Of a stretch of 32,000 bases of DNA, positions 1 through 7,540 are shown in pieces. The notes under the pieces were generated by a model that was not told where the DNA came from, did no database searches, and worked only from the letters and a program-made list of their open reading frames with translations. A program made the position numbers and the translations under genes. This DNA is from an uncultured Gammaproteobacteria bacterium (GTDB lineage: Bacteria > Patescibacteriota > Patescibacteriia > UBA2591 > UBA6264): positions 6,511 to 38,510 of the forward strand of contig CAZDOL010000006.1 in NCBI GenBank assembly GCA_964507075.1, in the 5' to 3' direction. How positions within the stretch are numbered: the stretch's first letter is position 1; every line of letters starts with the position of its first letter.

Positions 1-8
1 GCTGTTTT

Positions 9-614
9 ATGGTAGAAGAAGAACTGTTAGAAAGAGGTATTTTGATATTCTCTCCTTTAGAATTTAGACAAATTTTTAATGTATCACGTGATAGTGCTAC
101 TTTTTTTATAAACTATAATCTGAAGAAAGGATTTTTTATTAAATTAAAAAATGGCTTTTATGCCCTTAAACATCACTTCCCTTCCGAATTTGAAATTGCT
201 AATAGAATTTATTCGCCGTCTTATGTTTCGTTGGAATACGCAATGATGTATCATCATATTATCGCAGAAACAGTTTATTCTGTGACCTCGGTTACGACAA
301 AAACAACTCGCAAATTTATTGTTAATAATGTATCTTATTCATATAATAAAATCAAAAAAATAGCTTTTACTGGTTATACAAAACAAACGCTAGACAAGAA
401 TATCGTCCTGATAGCTGAACCAGAAAAAGCTTTTATTGACTATCTTTATTTTGTTTCTCTCGGGAAAAAAGCTATCTATGATCGCATAGATGTTAGTGGT
501 TTAAAAAAGAAAAAGTTGCTTCATTATGCTAAATTGTTTGAAAAAATTTCGTTGATAAAATTATTAAACGATGTTTATGATAAAAGAAGAAGAGATAAAG
601 AGATTATCTATTAG
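9..614 (+). CDS. AbiEi-like antitoxin (type IV toxin-antitoxin system); N-terminus possibly cut by the window edge
   Basis: ORF 9..614. The segments SYVSLEYAMMYHHII and EPEKAFIDYLY resemble AbiEi-family antitoxins. It overlaps the downstream AbiEii-like gene by 44 nt, as expected for a TA pair. No in-frame stop lies between position 1 and the ATG at 9, so the true start may be upstream. Confidence 0.55.
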   Translation: MVEEELLERGILIFSPLEFRQIFNVSRDSATFFINYNLKKGFFIKLKNGFYALKHHFPSEFEIANRIYSPSYVSLEYAMMYHHIIAETVYSVTSVTTKTTRKFIVNNVSYSYNKIKKIAFTGYTKQTLDKNIVLIAEPEKAFIDYLYFVSLGKKAIYDRIDVSGLKKKKLLHYAKLFEKISLIKLLNDVYDKRRRDKEIIY

Positions 615-1305
615 GGCCCAAACGAACCCTCAAATCATTGCCAGAGAATATGCACAACATAATTGCTTGTCCGAATTATATAGATTAAAAGGATCTGAAA
701 ATCTTTTATTTAAGGGAGGAACTGCTTTAAGAATCATATATCAAAGCCCGAGATTTTCCGAAGATTTAGATTTTACTGGCATAAATGGCATCAGTTATCT
801 TGAAATTGAAAATATTCTAACCAATACACTAAAAAATCTATCTGATTGGGGATTTAATATTGAGATTGATGAAGCCAAAAAAACAACTGGTGGATATTTA
901 GCTAAAACAGTATTATCATTTTTAACATTTAAGATATTACTTAAAATGGAAATATCTTTCCGCCAAAATAGACAAAAGGTTGTAAAAGAAATTTCAAGCA
1001 TTGCGAATGAATATATTCCTAATTATGATATTATCCATCTTCCTCAAGAAGAAATAATAAATGGAAAAATAAGCGCTCTACTTGATAGGTCTAAGCCACG
1101 TGATTGGTATGACCTCTATTTCTTCCTTCGTCAGGGAATGCTCACCCCTAAACAAAAAAAGATATTGCCAAAAATTCTATCTGAACTTGAAAAGATAAAA
1201 ATGGATTTTAAAAAAGAATTAAAAGAATTTCTCCCCTATAGCCATCAAATAATTATCAAAGATTTTAGGAATACTTTATCAAAAGAAATTAAAAAAAATT
1301 ACTAA
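571..1305 (+). CDS. AbiEii/AbiGii-family nucleotidyltransferase toxin (DUF1814)
   Basis: LFKGGTALRIIYQSPRFSEDLDF matches the hallmark GGTAL...R.S.DLDF nucleotidyltransferase motif of AbiEii toxins. The size (244 aa) and the position after an AbiEi-like gene also fit. An alternative start (M3) lies at 577. Confidence 0.75.
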   Translation: MFMIKEEEIKRLSIRAQTNPQIIAREYAQHNCLSELYRLKGSENLLFKGGTALRIIYQSPRFSEDLDFTGINGISYLEIENILTNTLKNLSDWGFNIEIDEAKKTTGGYLAKTVLSFLTFKILLKMEISFRQNRQKVVKEISSIANEYIPNYDIIHLPQEEIINGKISALLDRSKPRDWYDLYFFLRQGMLTPKQKKILPKILSELEKIKMDFKKELKEFLPYSHQIIIKDFRNTLSKEIKKNY

Positions 1306-1315
1306 TCTGATAACA

Positions 1316-1750
1316 ATGAAGGTCAAAAGATTACCGTTTAAAGAATATAAAAAAATCTATTCCACTGTGCCTCGACTATGTGTCGAGGTAGTTTTATTAA
1401 CAAATAAAGGAATAGCTTTAACCAAAAGAGATATTCCCCCAGCTATCGGCAAGTGGCATATCCCTGGAGGCACAGTATTAAAAGGAGAAAATCTGGAGAA
1501 AGCAGTAAAAAGGTTAGCTAAAGAAGAACTTGAAGAAAATATGGAAGTTCAAAAAATGCTTGGCGTAATTGAATATAACTTTACTAAATATTTTGACCAA
1601 CCAGTTGGTATCGCCTTTTTAGTAAAATTAAAGAATAAAAATTTACCGAGCAGTAAAGATAAAAAATATAAATTGTTTAAAGATATGCCCCAGAATATGA
1701 TAAAAGCGCAGAGAGATTTTATAATAAAGCATAAAGATGAATTAATATAA
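1316..1750 (+). CDS. Nudix hydrolase (GDP-mannose mannosyl hydrolase-like)
   Basis: Nudix-box-like GGTVLKGENLEKAVKRLAKEELEE (G-x5-E-x7-R-x3-EE), preceded by PRLCVEVVLL...KRDIPPAIGKWHIPGG. The box departs from consensus (RE becomes RL, and the final G becomes E). The gene starts 10 nt after the AbiEii stop. Confidence 0.75.
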   Translation: MKVKRLPFKEYKKIYSTVPRLCVEVVLLTNKGIALTKRDIPPAIGKWHIPGGTVLKGENLEKAVKRLAKEELEENMEVQKMLGVIEYNFTKYFDQPVGIAFLVKLKNKNLPSSKDKKYKLFKDMPQNMIKAQRDFIIKHKDELI

Positions 1751-1776
1751 AATACTAGTTATCCACAATTAATTTA

Positions 1777-1805
1777 TTGACTTTTATCCTCTTTTGTAGT
1801 AAGTT
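1777..1805 (+). promoter_or_regulatory. Candidate sigma70-type promoter, TTGACT-17 nt-TAAGTT
   Basis: TTGACT at 1777-1782, a 17-nt spacer, then TAAGTT at 1800-1805, about 65 nt upstream of the ATG at 1870. The -10 overlaps the first 28-bp repeat. In AT-rich DNA such matches can arise by chance. Confidence 0.3.
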
Positions 1806-1856
1806 AGTACCAGTTTACGACAAAACCTGTAGTAAATTAGTACCAGTTTACGACAA
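1796..1856 (+). repeat. Two tandem 28-bp direct repeats, GTAGTAA(G/A)TTAGTACCAGTTTACGACAA, separated by 5 bp
   Basis: Copy 1 is 1796-1823 and copy 2 is 1829-1856, identical at 27 of 28 positions, with a 33-bp period. They lie 14-74 nt upstream of the DUF4143 ATPase start. I did not see this sequence elsewhere in the window. Confidence 0.9.
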
Positions 1857-1869
1857 TTAACTAAAATTT

Positions 1870-3207
1870 ATGTTTTTAAATAGAAAAATAAATAAACATC
1901 TTCTATCCTGGAAAAATGCAAAAAATAGAAAACCACTAGTTATTAAGGGTGCTAGACAGGTTGGCAAGACTTCTATTGTTTTAAATTTTGCAAAAAAAGA
2001 ATTCAATAATACTATTTATATTAATCTAGAAAAATCTGAACATTTGAAATATCTCCAAAATCCAATTTCGTTAGAAGAGTTCAAAAAAATTATTAAAATT
2101 AATTTTCAACAAAATATAATTCCTGGCAAAACATTAATATTTCTTGATGAAATACAAAATTGCCCTTCTCTAATAAAACTTTTAAGATTCTTTAAAGAAG
2201 AATGGCCAAAAATTCATGTTATCGCCACAGGCTCTTTATTAGAGGTTATGCTTAAAAAACAAGGACTTTCGATATCCGTAGGTAGAGTAGAATATATTTA
2301 TTTATATCCTTTGGATTTTTTTGAATACTTAGATGCTAAAAAAGAAAAAGAGCTTTTAAAATTCCTAAAAAATATTCAATTAGGGGAAAAAATTCCTTTA
2401 GCAATCCATCAAAGAACCATGAATATATTTCATGAATATACTATGATTGGAGGAATGCCTGAAATTGTAAAATTATTTTTAGAAGGAGTTACAGCTGAAA
2501 AGTTAGAATCTATATATTCTTCACTTCTCGCAGGATACAAAGAAGATGTATACAAATATTCATCTGTTGCGAATGCTAAATATCTCAAATATGCTATTGA
2601 AAATGCACCATATTTTGCTGGGAATATTATTTCATATAAAAAATTTGGACAATTAGACATTAAAAGTAGAGAAATAAAAACAGCTTTTGAGCTCTTAAAA
2701 GATGCAATGATGCTTTCCCCTATTCCAGCGACACAATCGGTAGAGATACCATTGATTCCTAAAGAAAAAAAATCTAAAAAAATAATTTTTTTAGATGTGG
2801 GTTTAGTTAACCATCAAATGGGGATATTAAAAGAATATTTAAATATTAAGAATCTTAACTCTTTCTATAAAGGAAGGATAGCAGAACAAATAGTTGGGCA
2901 AAATATTTTATCTCAATTTACACACTCTCCAGCCAAACTTTTTTACTGGGGGAAAGACAAGGAAAAGAGTAAAGCAGAGGTTGACTTTTGCCTAAATAAG
3001 AATGGGACGTTAATGGGAATAGAAGTAAAATCTGGGAAAACAGGAAGATTGAGGTCTCTGCATCAATTCGCTCAAGAAGTAAAAAATAAACAAATTGTAA
3101 GAATATATAGTGGAGAATTTAAAAAAGAAAAAATTAAAATTAAAAATATAGAAAACGAACTAATTTCTATCCCCTTCTATCTAATTCCTCGTATTAAGGA
3201 ATTATAA
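1870..3207 (+). CDS. AAA ATPase with a C-terminal DUF4143 (restriction-endonuclease-like fold) domain
   Basis: Walker A GARQVGKTS and Walker B LIFLDEIQ. The C-terminal segment AEVDFCLNKNGTLMGIEVKSGKT resembles the E.D...IEVK nuclease-fold core typical of the AAA_14/DUF4143 family. Confidence 0.75.
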   Translation: MFLNRKINKHLLSWKNAKNRKPLVIKGARQVGKTSIVLNFAKKEFNNTIYINLEKSEHLKYLQNPISLEEFKKIIKINFQQNIIPGKTLIFLDEIQNCPSLIKLLRFFKEEWPKIHVIATGSLLEVMLKKQGLSISVGRVEYIYLYPLDFFEYLDAKKEKELLKFLKNIQLGEKIPLAIHQRTMNIFHEYTMIGGMPEIVKLFLEGVTAEKLESIYSSLLAGYKEDVYKYSSVANAKYLKYAIENAPYFAGNIISYKKFGQLDIKSREIKTAFELLKDAMMLSPIPATQSVEIPLIPKEKKSKKIIFLDVGLVNHQMGILKEYLNIKNLNSFYKGRIAEQIVGQNILSQFTHSPAKLFYWGKDKEKSKAEVDFCLNKNGTLMGIEVKSGKTGRLRSLHQFAQEVKNKQIVRIYSGEFKKEKIKIKNIENELISIPFYLIPRIKEL

Positions 3208-3213
3208 ATATAT

Positions 3214-3954
3214 ATGATATTGTTTAAAATAATTCAACAATTTTTATTACCAAGTGTTTTTTTATTTGTGATTATTCTTATTGGTTTTCTTTTTCTGTTA
3301 AAAAGGAAAAAAATCGGCACAGTGTTTATTGTCCTTGGCCTCATATTATATTACCTCTTCTCTATCTCCCCTATCTCAGACTTAATTATTGCTCCTTTAG
3401 AGAATAAGTATCAACAAATAGAAGATGAGCAAGCATTGAGAGCTAATAAAGCTATTCTACTCTTGGGCGGGCCAGAAAGCGATATTCTAAGAGGAACAGA
3501 AGCAATAAGATTATCTATATTAAACCCAGAATTACAAATTATTATCACTGGTCAAAATTTTCTCAGCCAGGAAAAAAATCAAGCTTTAAAATTAAAAAAT
3601 CACTTAATTTCCCAGGGAATAAAAGCTGAAAATATACTATTAGAAAAGGAGTCAAGAACTACCGGAGAAAGCGCTAAAAACATCAAAATAATGATAGAAA
3701 CAGAAGAATTTTTCCTAATAACATCTGGATATCATATGCCTCGTTCTATATATTTATTCCAAAAAGAAAAAACCAATCCCCTCCCTGCTCCAACCGATTT
3801 CAAGGTCTATAAAAGCTTTAATAAAGAAAAATGGGGATTAAGATACAATAACTATAATCTATTAGATTTCTTCCCTTGCGCTCAGAATTTAAGAAATGTT
3901 AGCCTGGCTTTTCATGAATACTTTGGACTTTTATATAGCCAGTTTGTAGATTGA
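3214..3954 (+). CDS. DUF218 / YdcF (ElyC/SanA-like) family membrane-anchored protein
   Basis: An N-terminal hydrophobic segment is followed by AILLLGG and ITSGYHMPRS, both characteristic of DUF218 proteins. Confidence 0.7.
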   Translation: MILFKIIQQFLLPSVFLFVIILIGFLFLLKRKKIGTVFIVLGLILYYLFSISPISDLIIAPLENKYQQIEDEQALRANKAILLLGGPESDILRGTEAIRLSILNPELQIIITGQNFLSQEKNQALKLKNHLISQGIKAENILLEKESRTTGESAKNIKIMIETEEFFLITSGYHMPRSIYLFQKEKTNPLPAPTDFKVYKSFNKEKWGLRYNNYNLLDFFPCAQNLRNVSLAFHEYFGLLYSQFVD

Positions 3955-4005
3955 CAATAGGGTCTGTTGTGATAAAATAATTGATGTGTTTTAATTGACG
4001 AAAAA

Positions 4006-4344
4006 ATGAAAATTATTAAAGACAAAATTTCAATCCAAGAATTGAAAGAAATGGCCAAAAATATGTTTGGCGATTTAGTAAAAGCAGTAGTTGATGTGGA
4101 AAAAAGGATTATCGCCATTGATGCTGAATTACACTCTGACGAAGAAGCGGCATTAATTGAGGACGGTTCCCAACAAGAAAATCTTTGGGGAATCAATATT
4201 TATCCTGAAAATCAAGAAAAGCTAATTGAATTTGATTCAATGATCAACTTGCGTCCATCTCAAGGAAATCGCAGTAGAGGGGTAGATAATCCAGAAATTC
4301 AAAAATTAATTATTGAAATAGTTAATGAGATAATTATAAAATGA
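4006..4344 (+). CDS. Small conserved hypothetical protein (resembles DUF5674)
   Basis: 112-aa ORF. From memory, the segment FGDLVKAVVDVEKRIIAIDAELHSDEEAALIEDGSQQENLWGINIYPE resembles DUF5674 proteins. Its stop overlaps the next start (ATGA at 4341-4344). Confidence 0.6.
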   Translation: MKIIKDKISIQELKEMAKNMFGDLVKAVVDVEKRIIAIDAELHSDEEAALIEDGSQQENLWGINIYPENQEKLIEFDSMINLRPSQGNRSRGVDNPEIQKLIIEIVNEIIIK

Positions 4345-4673
4345 AATATCAACACCAAGAATTAGCTTCTGGTAAGTGGAGTAAATTAACATTTATAGAG
4401 CAAATGGCTAATATAGGAAGTGAGGTCGGAAGAACGATTACCTGGAAGAATCAAGACAAACCAAATTACAGCGAAAGAGCCTTTGAGCGCGCTTTAGAGC
4501 TTTTGCATCTCACTATAGCAGATATTAAGAATAAACATCATTTAAGGGGTCTGACGCGTCTCCGCGAAGCATTAATAGATTACTTCAGCTTTGATAATGA
4601 ATTTAAATCATCTGACAAATTATGGCAAAATTACTTCTACGCCTTTAATTTTGCAGCCAGGCGTAATTGTTAA
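4341..4673 (+). CDS. Small hypothetical protein, predicted all-alpha
   Basis: 110-aa ORF translationally coupled to the preceding gene. EQMANIGSEVGR and ERALELLHLTIAD loosely recall the acidic helices of MazG-like four-helix bundles. I could not make a confident family assignment. Confidence 0.55.
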   Translation: MKYQHQELASGKWSKLTFIEQMANIGSEVGRTITWKNQDKPNYSERAFERALELLHLTIADIKNKHHLRGLTRLREALIDYFSFDNEFKSSDKLWQNYFYAFNFAARRNC

Positions 4674-4700
4674 ATAAAATAATAAATATAATAAAAAAAT

Positions 4701-5738
4701 ATGGATAATAACGAAAATAAAAACTATGACAATATTCATTTAAACCAAAACCGACCTCAATATTCAGGTCTTCCTAAAGAAGAAAAACCAAAAAACGAAG
4801 AAAAAAAACATCAAGAACATCATACAGACGAGGATGAAATTGATTTAAGGGACTATATCAATGTGCTTTTAAAAAGAAAATGGCAAATCGCCATAATCTT
4901 TGGAATTGCTGTAGTTATAGCTGGCATAATCAGTTTCTCAATGCCACTAACATTTGAAGCTAGTAATTTAGTGAAGGTTGGAAGCATTAAAAAAATACAA
5001 TTACAGAACATAGATGATATTAAATCAGTTTTTAGAAGAGAAACTGTTTTGCAACAAATAAGAACAAAATTACAAGAACCGTTAGGACTAACTGAAACAA
5101 CAACTGGAACCATCTCCGAAATGTTTAGTATTAAAGAGGGAGAGAATGACGGTGATCAATCTGTTTTTATTGAAATTGACGGTAGAGCTCAAACTCCAGA
5201 AGAAGCTGTGGAGGTTGTTAATGCAGTTACAGACATATTATTAACCTATCATGGGAATATTTTTGCTGGAGCAGAAAAAACTTTTGATGTTGAAATGGAA
5301 ACAATCACTAAGAGTAAAGAAAAATGTCAAAAAGATATTGTGAAAATCACCACTGATATTGCCAGAGTGAATTCTGATATATTAAAATACGAAACAGAAA
5401 TAAATCAAAGATCTAGCGCTTCTACTGAAGGACAGGGAAGAATAGCTGAAAGCTACATCAATCTTTTAGCTGAAACCAAAGATCAGAAAGAAAATAAGGA
5501 AGCTCAACTATTAAATTTAGAACAAAGATTAGTTATGTTAGATCAAGAGATACAAGTAAAAGAAAATGAAAGAATATATGAAACTAGATCTACTGAAGTT
5601 GAGGTTCCAGCGATTCCACCTGAAACCAGGATTGCCCCTAATAGAAAGCAAAATGTAATAATTGCTGGTATTCTGGGAATATTCATTGGCGTTCTTTACG
5701 CCTTTGCAGCTGAATATTTCAGTAAAGAAAAAGCATAA
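4701..5738 (+). CDS. Wzz/polysaccharide co-polymerase (chain-length determinant)-like membrane protein
   Basis: EIDLRDYINVLLKRKWQIAIIFGIAVVIAGIISF is a Wzz-type N-terminal motif plus TM1. It is followed by a long coiled-coil-like periplasmic region and a C-terminal TM (VIIAGILGIFIGVLYAFAAEYF). A charged, low-complexity leader of about 45 aa precedes it. Confidence 0.65.
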   Translation: MDNNENKNYDNIHLNQNRPQYSGLPKEEKPKNEEKKHQEHHTDEDEIDLRDYINVLLKRKWQIAIIFGIAVVIAGIISFSMPLTFEASNLVKVGSIKKIQLQNIDDIKSVFRRETVLQQIRTKLQEPLGLTETTTGTISEMFSIKEGENDGDQSVFIEIDGRAQTPEEAVEVVNAVTDILLTYHGNIFAGAEKTFDVEMETITKSKEKCQKDIVKITTDIARVNSDILKYETEINQRSSASTEGQGRIAESYINLLAETKDQKENKEAQLLNLEQRLVMLDQEIQVKENERIYETRSTEVEVPAIPPETRIAPNRKQNVIIAGILGIFIGVLYAFAAEYFSKEKA

Positions 5739-5753
5739 AACATAATGACTAAC

Positions 5754-5793
5754 AAAAAGGGACAGTCCCCGTTCGGGGACAGTCCCTTTTTTT
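5754..5793. terminator. Bidirectional intrinsic terminator between the convergent Wzz-like gene and recA
   Basis: AAAAA, then GGGACAGTCCCC (5759-5770), a GTTC loop, GGGGACAGTCCC (5775-5786), then TTTTTTT. This gives a 12-bp stem with one central A-A mismatch, flanked by an A-run and a T-run. Confidence 0.7.
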
Positions 5794-5814
5794 ATTAATG
5801 GGGACAGTCCCCTA

Positions 5815-6831
5815 TTATTGTTCTTTAATGGCTTGTAATATTTTTCCCTTCAATTCTTTGGCTAATTTGGGGTCATCTCTTAATGCTTTTTTTGAATTTT
5901 CCCAACCCACTCCTAATTTAATCTTTTCATAACTCAAAGTATTACCTAACTTTTTAACTAAACCATATTTAGCTCCTAAATTAAGCAAATCCCCTTCCCA
6001 AGAAATGCCCTGGTCATACATAATTTCAAACTCACAGGTCTTAAACGGAGGGGCAACTTTATTCTTGGCAATTTTAGCTTTAACCTTATTCCCAATTACT
6101 TCATCACCCTTTTTAATTTGAGCTAAACGTTTAAGTTCAATTCTAACTGAAGAATAAAATTTTAAAGCCAAGCCACCAGTTGTTGTTTCTGGGTTTCCAA
6201 AAAATACACCTATCTTCATTCTGATTTGATTTATAAAAATAACTGATGTATGAGTCTTGCTCACAATGCTGGTTAATTTCCTTAAGGCCTGACTCATCAA
6301 GCGTGCTTGTAAACCCATATGTGAGTCGCCCATTTCTCCTTCAATCTCTTTTCTGGGGGTTAAAGCGGCTACTGAATCAATAACAATAACATCAACTCCA
6401 TTAGAACGCACCAAAGTTTCTACTATTTCTAGGGCCTGTTCGCCCGTATCTGGTTGAGAAATTAATAAATCATTAATATTCACGCCAATTTTTTTAGCAT
6501 ATTCTGGGTCTAAAGCATGCTCGGCGTCAACAAAAGCAGCTACTCCACCTTTTTTTTGTGATTGAGCTATGATATGAAGAGCTAAGGTGCTTTTGCCACT
6601 CATTTCCTTGCCGAATATTTCAATAACCCTTCCTTTGGGCACGCCCCCTATTCCTAAAGCTACATCCAAAGAAAGACATCCTGTAGAAATACACTCAACT
6701 TCCATTTTCTTGGCTTCTTTTAATCTCATTATAGAACCCTCTCCGAATCTTTCTTTAATTTGATTGATAGCCACTTCTGTCGCCTTTTGACGGTCAGTAA
6801 GTGGTTTTTCTTTTTTTGTTTTTGAAACCAT
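5815..6831 (-). CDS. recA: Recombinase RecA
   Basis: Full-length RecA-like sequence: Walker [43 protein letters not shown]. Confidence 0.97.
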   Translation of the reverse strand: MVSKTKKEKPLTDRQKATEVAINQIKERFGEGSIMRLKEAKKMEVECISTGCLSLDVALGIGGVPKGRVIEIFGKEMSGKSTLALHIIAQSQKKGGVAAFVDAEHALDPEYAKKIGVNINDLLISQPDTGEQALEIVETLVRSNGVDVIVIDSVAALTPRKEIEGEMGDSHMGLQARLMSQALRKLTSIVSKTHTSVIFINQIRMKIGVFFGNPETTTGGLALKFYSSVRIELKRLAQIKKGDEVIGNKVKAKIAKNKVAPPFKTCEFEIMYDQGISWEGDLLNLGAKYGLVKKLGNTLSYEKIKLGVGWENSKKALRDDPKLAKELKGKILQAIKEQ

Positions 6832-6843
6832 ATTTTTAATGTA

Positions 6844-7491
6844 TTATTCTTGTAAAATTATTTGACGAAAAATTATTTTCTCTTGAGAGTGTTTTTTCTT
6901 AGCTGAAACTTTAATGGTGTTCAAGCCAGGCAATAATTTTATTTCCTGTTCAAAATTTCCATCATTAATTTGTTCAATTGGTTGATCATTTATAAAAACA
7001 TCCGCTCCCAAATCAGCACGACCAGCAATTATTAGATACGACTCAGTGGTCACTAAATCCTGAGAAGGACTTAAAACCTCTAAATCAGACGTGAAAAGAA
7101 CTCTTTTAATGCTAAATCCAACATATAAAAAAATCAATAATGTAACGATTCCAATAAAATAAGTTTTAATATTAAAAATGCCCTGAGATCGATTTTTAAT
7201 TCCTAATATGCTTGGAATTTCCGTATTTGAACTTTGACTAAACTCTTTTCGCCACTTCTCAATTATCTTAGAAGGATTTAATTTTAAAAATTCAGCATAT
7301 CGTTCTAAAAAACCCTTAGTATAAGTAGACCCTGGCAATTTATAAAAATCATCTGCCTCTAGATATTCTAAATATTTCTTGGCAATGCCAGTCTTTTTTT
7401 CGGCATCTTTCAGGGTCCATTTATGACTTTGACGCGCTTCTTTCAAAATACCACCAATAGTGCTTTGAGGAATTGACTTGGATAAAAACAT
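6844..7491 (-). CDS. rodZ: RodZ-like cytoskeleton protein (HTH, TM and C-terminal domains)
   Basis: The N-terminal HTH plus YLEYLEADDFYKLPGSTYTKGFLERYAEFLKLNP is the RodZ signature. A single TM (FIGIVTLLIFLYVGF) and a beta-rich C-terminal domain follow. Confidence 0.6.
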   Translation of the reverse strand: MFLSKSIPQSTIGGILKEARQSHKWTLKDAEKKTGIAKKYLEYLEADDFYKLPGSTYTKGFLERYAEFLKLNPSKIIEKWRKEFSQSSNTEIPSILGIKNRSQGIFNIKTYFIGIVTLLIFLYVGFSIKRVLFTSDLEVLSPSQDLVTTESYLIIAGRADLGADVFINDQPIEQINDGNFEQEIKLLPGLNTIKVSAKKKHSQEKIIFRQIILQE

Positions 7492-7492
7492 A

Positions 7493-7540
7493 AAACATTA
7501 GAACATTAGAACATTAGAACATTAGAACATTAGAACATTT
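7493..7540. repeat. 8-nt tandem array (GAACATTA/AACATTAG), about 5.75 units
   Basis: aacattag is repeated at 7494-7533, with a partial unit running into the ftsK stop codon (7539-7541). The array ends 2 nt from the rodZ-like start codon (7491), so it occupies essentially the whole 47-nt spacer. Confidence 0.95.

Noticed and set aside
3912-4196. A 94-aa - strand ORF overlapping the DUF218 3' end and the DUF5674-like gene.
   Set aside because: It is antisense to two better-supported + strand genes and has no recognisable features.
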